Origin: an uncultured archaeon
GTDB taxonomy: Archaea; Asgardarchaeota; Thorarchaeia; Thorarchaeales; Thorarchaeaceae
DNA: 62,138 nucleotides
Direction of reading: 5' to 3'
Assembly (NCBI GenBank): GCA_964558645.1
Contig: CAZLEV010000015.1
Span: forward strand, 1 to 62,138
Shown here in pieces: positions 61,073 through 62,138 of this stretch (position 1 is its first letter; every line of letters begins with the position of its first letter). The position numbers and the translations under genes were made by a program. The notes under the pieces are model-generated. The model saw only the letters and a program-made list of their open reading frames with translations. It had not been told where the DNA came from and made no database searches.

Positions 61073-61264
61073 TCACTTGGCCAGTCGTTCCAGAAGATCT
61101 CTGTCCTCTCTCACGACCTCGTCAAGGGCCCTCTCGAAGGCCTCACCGCGAGGCTTCACACCACAGAGACGGAGGATGGTGTCATCGAGCCGCTCCCCTG
61201 GAAGCCGCATTTTCTCCAGTAACTGATAGACCTCTTCTGAGACCGAGATTGTCCGTGTGGTCAC
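61073..61264 (-). CDS. Orphan antitoxin-like protein
   Basis: RTISVSEEVYQLL...GERLDDTILRL. Confidence 0.7.
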   Translation of the reverse strand: MTTRTISVSEEVYQLLEKMRLPGERLDDTILRLCGVKPRGEAFERALDEVVREDRDLLERLAK

Positions 61265-61462
61265 TGACGCCAGTCCTCACTTTCTCATGGGCGCTGAGCG
61301 ATATAAAGATGCATATGGGGAGTGACAGTCATCGTTGCGCGTAGTCTCATGGTTCGCTGAAGTCTTGCCCAGTCTTAACGTCCACTCAGTCTTGATAACT
61401 ATGCTAAGAGATAGAGTGATTGTACAAGAGAAGGTACGCAATCCACGTGGGATTTTGTATAT

Positions 61463-61855
61463 CTAGTACGACTGAACCTTCAATCCTTCGACGAACTGGA
61501 AATGCTTCGTGTTGCGTGTCACGACCACCTCATCGTGCCGAAGAGCAATTCCAGCAATCTGTCCATCAATCGGGTCGATTATCTTCCCAGACCTCCTCAA
61601 TCGACCAATCTCGATACCAGCACGCCACGCTGCAATCGAGTCCAGTGGAAGGATCTGGAAACCGGTCAGAATCTCATCGACTCTCCTGTGTTCGTCCTCC
61701 GGCAGGGCAGCCAGTTCAACGCCCACTGCCAGCTCCATCACGGTGGGGGCTGTGATGAACTGAAGCTGGCGGCTCTCGTGAATCTCCTTCAGCTTCTTCA
61801 GGGCAGAAGGGCTCTCTCGTATGAGGTCGATGATGAAACAGGAGTCTGCAATCAC
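61463..61855 (-). CDS. vapC: VapC PIN toxin
   Basis: IADSC, DGQIAGIA, TRNTKHF. Confidence 0.92.
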   Translation of the reverse strand: MIADSCFIIDLIRESPSALKKLKEIHESRQLQFITAPTVMELAVGVELAALPEDEHRRVDEILTGFQILPLDSIAAWRAGIEIGRLRRSGKIIDPIDGQIAGIALRHDEVVVTRNTKHFQFVEGLKVQSY

Positions 61856-61862
61856 CGTAGTC

Positions 61863-62105
61863 TCACCCGGTCAGCTCTTCCATACTCTCAGACCATGTCT
61901 TGCCGCGTTCTCGTCGGAAGACTTCCAGTGCATCTGACAGCTTATCGACTGACTCTGATGGGAGGCATCCCACGAAGTCCTCCAGTGACCGCCTCTTCGC
62001 CAGGCGGATGACAACCTCGCTAAAGCTCTCCTTGCCCCTCTTGGCGTTCTTGAGGACCTCATATGCCTCCTCGGAGAGGGAGATTGTCTTGTAGCTCATC
62101 GCCAT
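61863..62105 (-). CDS. vapB: VapB-type antitoxin
   Basis: KTISLSEEAYEVL...ESFSEVVIRL. Confidence 0.9.
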   Translation of the reverse strand: MAMSYKTISLSEEAYEVLKNAKRGKESFSEVVIRLAKRRSLEDFVGCLPSESVDKLSDALEVFRRERGKTWSESMEELTG

Positions 62106-62138
62106 CAGTTTCTGTGTATGTCTGTGTATGCATTTAAA

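Noticed and set aside
1-62138. CRISPR array, tRNA, 5S/16S rRNA, SRP or RNase P RNA, full transposase, selenoprotein
   Set aside because: No regularly spaced repeats or hallmark motifs were seen by eye; tRNAscan/Infernal would be needed to exclude them formally.

Overview
This is an archaeal chromosomal segment, most likely from an Asgard archaeon (Thorarchaeia-like by gene content and the 23S expansion segment; this is an inference). It holds a stand-alone 23S rRNA gene (minus strand) with a canonical bulge-helix-bulge processing stem and an ES39-like expansion. Housekeeping genes include rph, serS, tfb, nth, sufBC/smsBC and tkt. There is an iron/oxidative-stress set (four ferritin-like proteins, SOR, Fur/PerR), acr3/arsR, an orphan DNA methyltransferase, and a decaying right end rich in toxin-antitoxin genes. 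Main unannotated signals: (1) a dispersed ~190-205 bp non-coding element in six copies, with GG at its junctions, no TIR, and conserved hairpins ending in CAATGAACGG; one copy interrupts surE. It looks like a non-autonomous IS607-type element carrying an omegaRNA-like scaffold. (2) An intact TnpB/Cas12f-like gene that stops at the REC-WED/RuvC boundary, apparently in an operon with a nucleotidyltransferase-HEPN-like gene. (3) A separate 132-bp TIR MITE with a 9-bp TSD. (4) A threonine-synthase-like protein lacking the PLP lysine and fused to a PadR domain. (5) A cluster of small ORFs divergent from two tandem Lrp-like regulators. All calls come from reading the sequence by eye; no searches were run.
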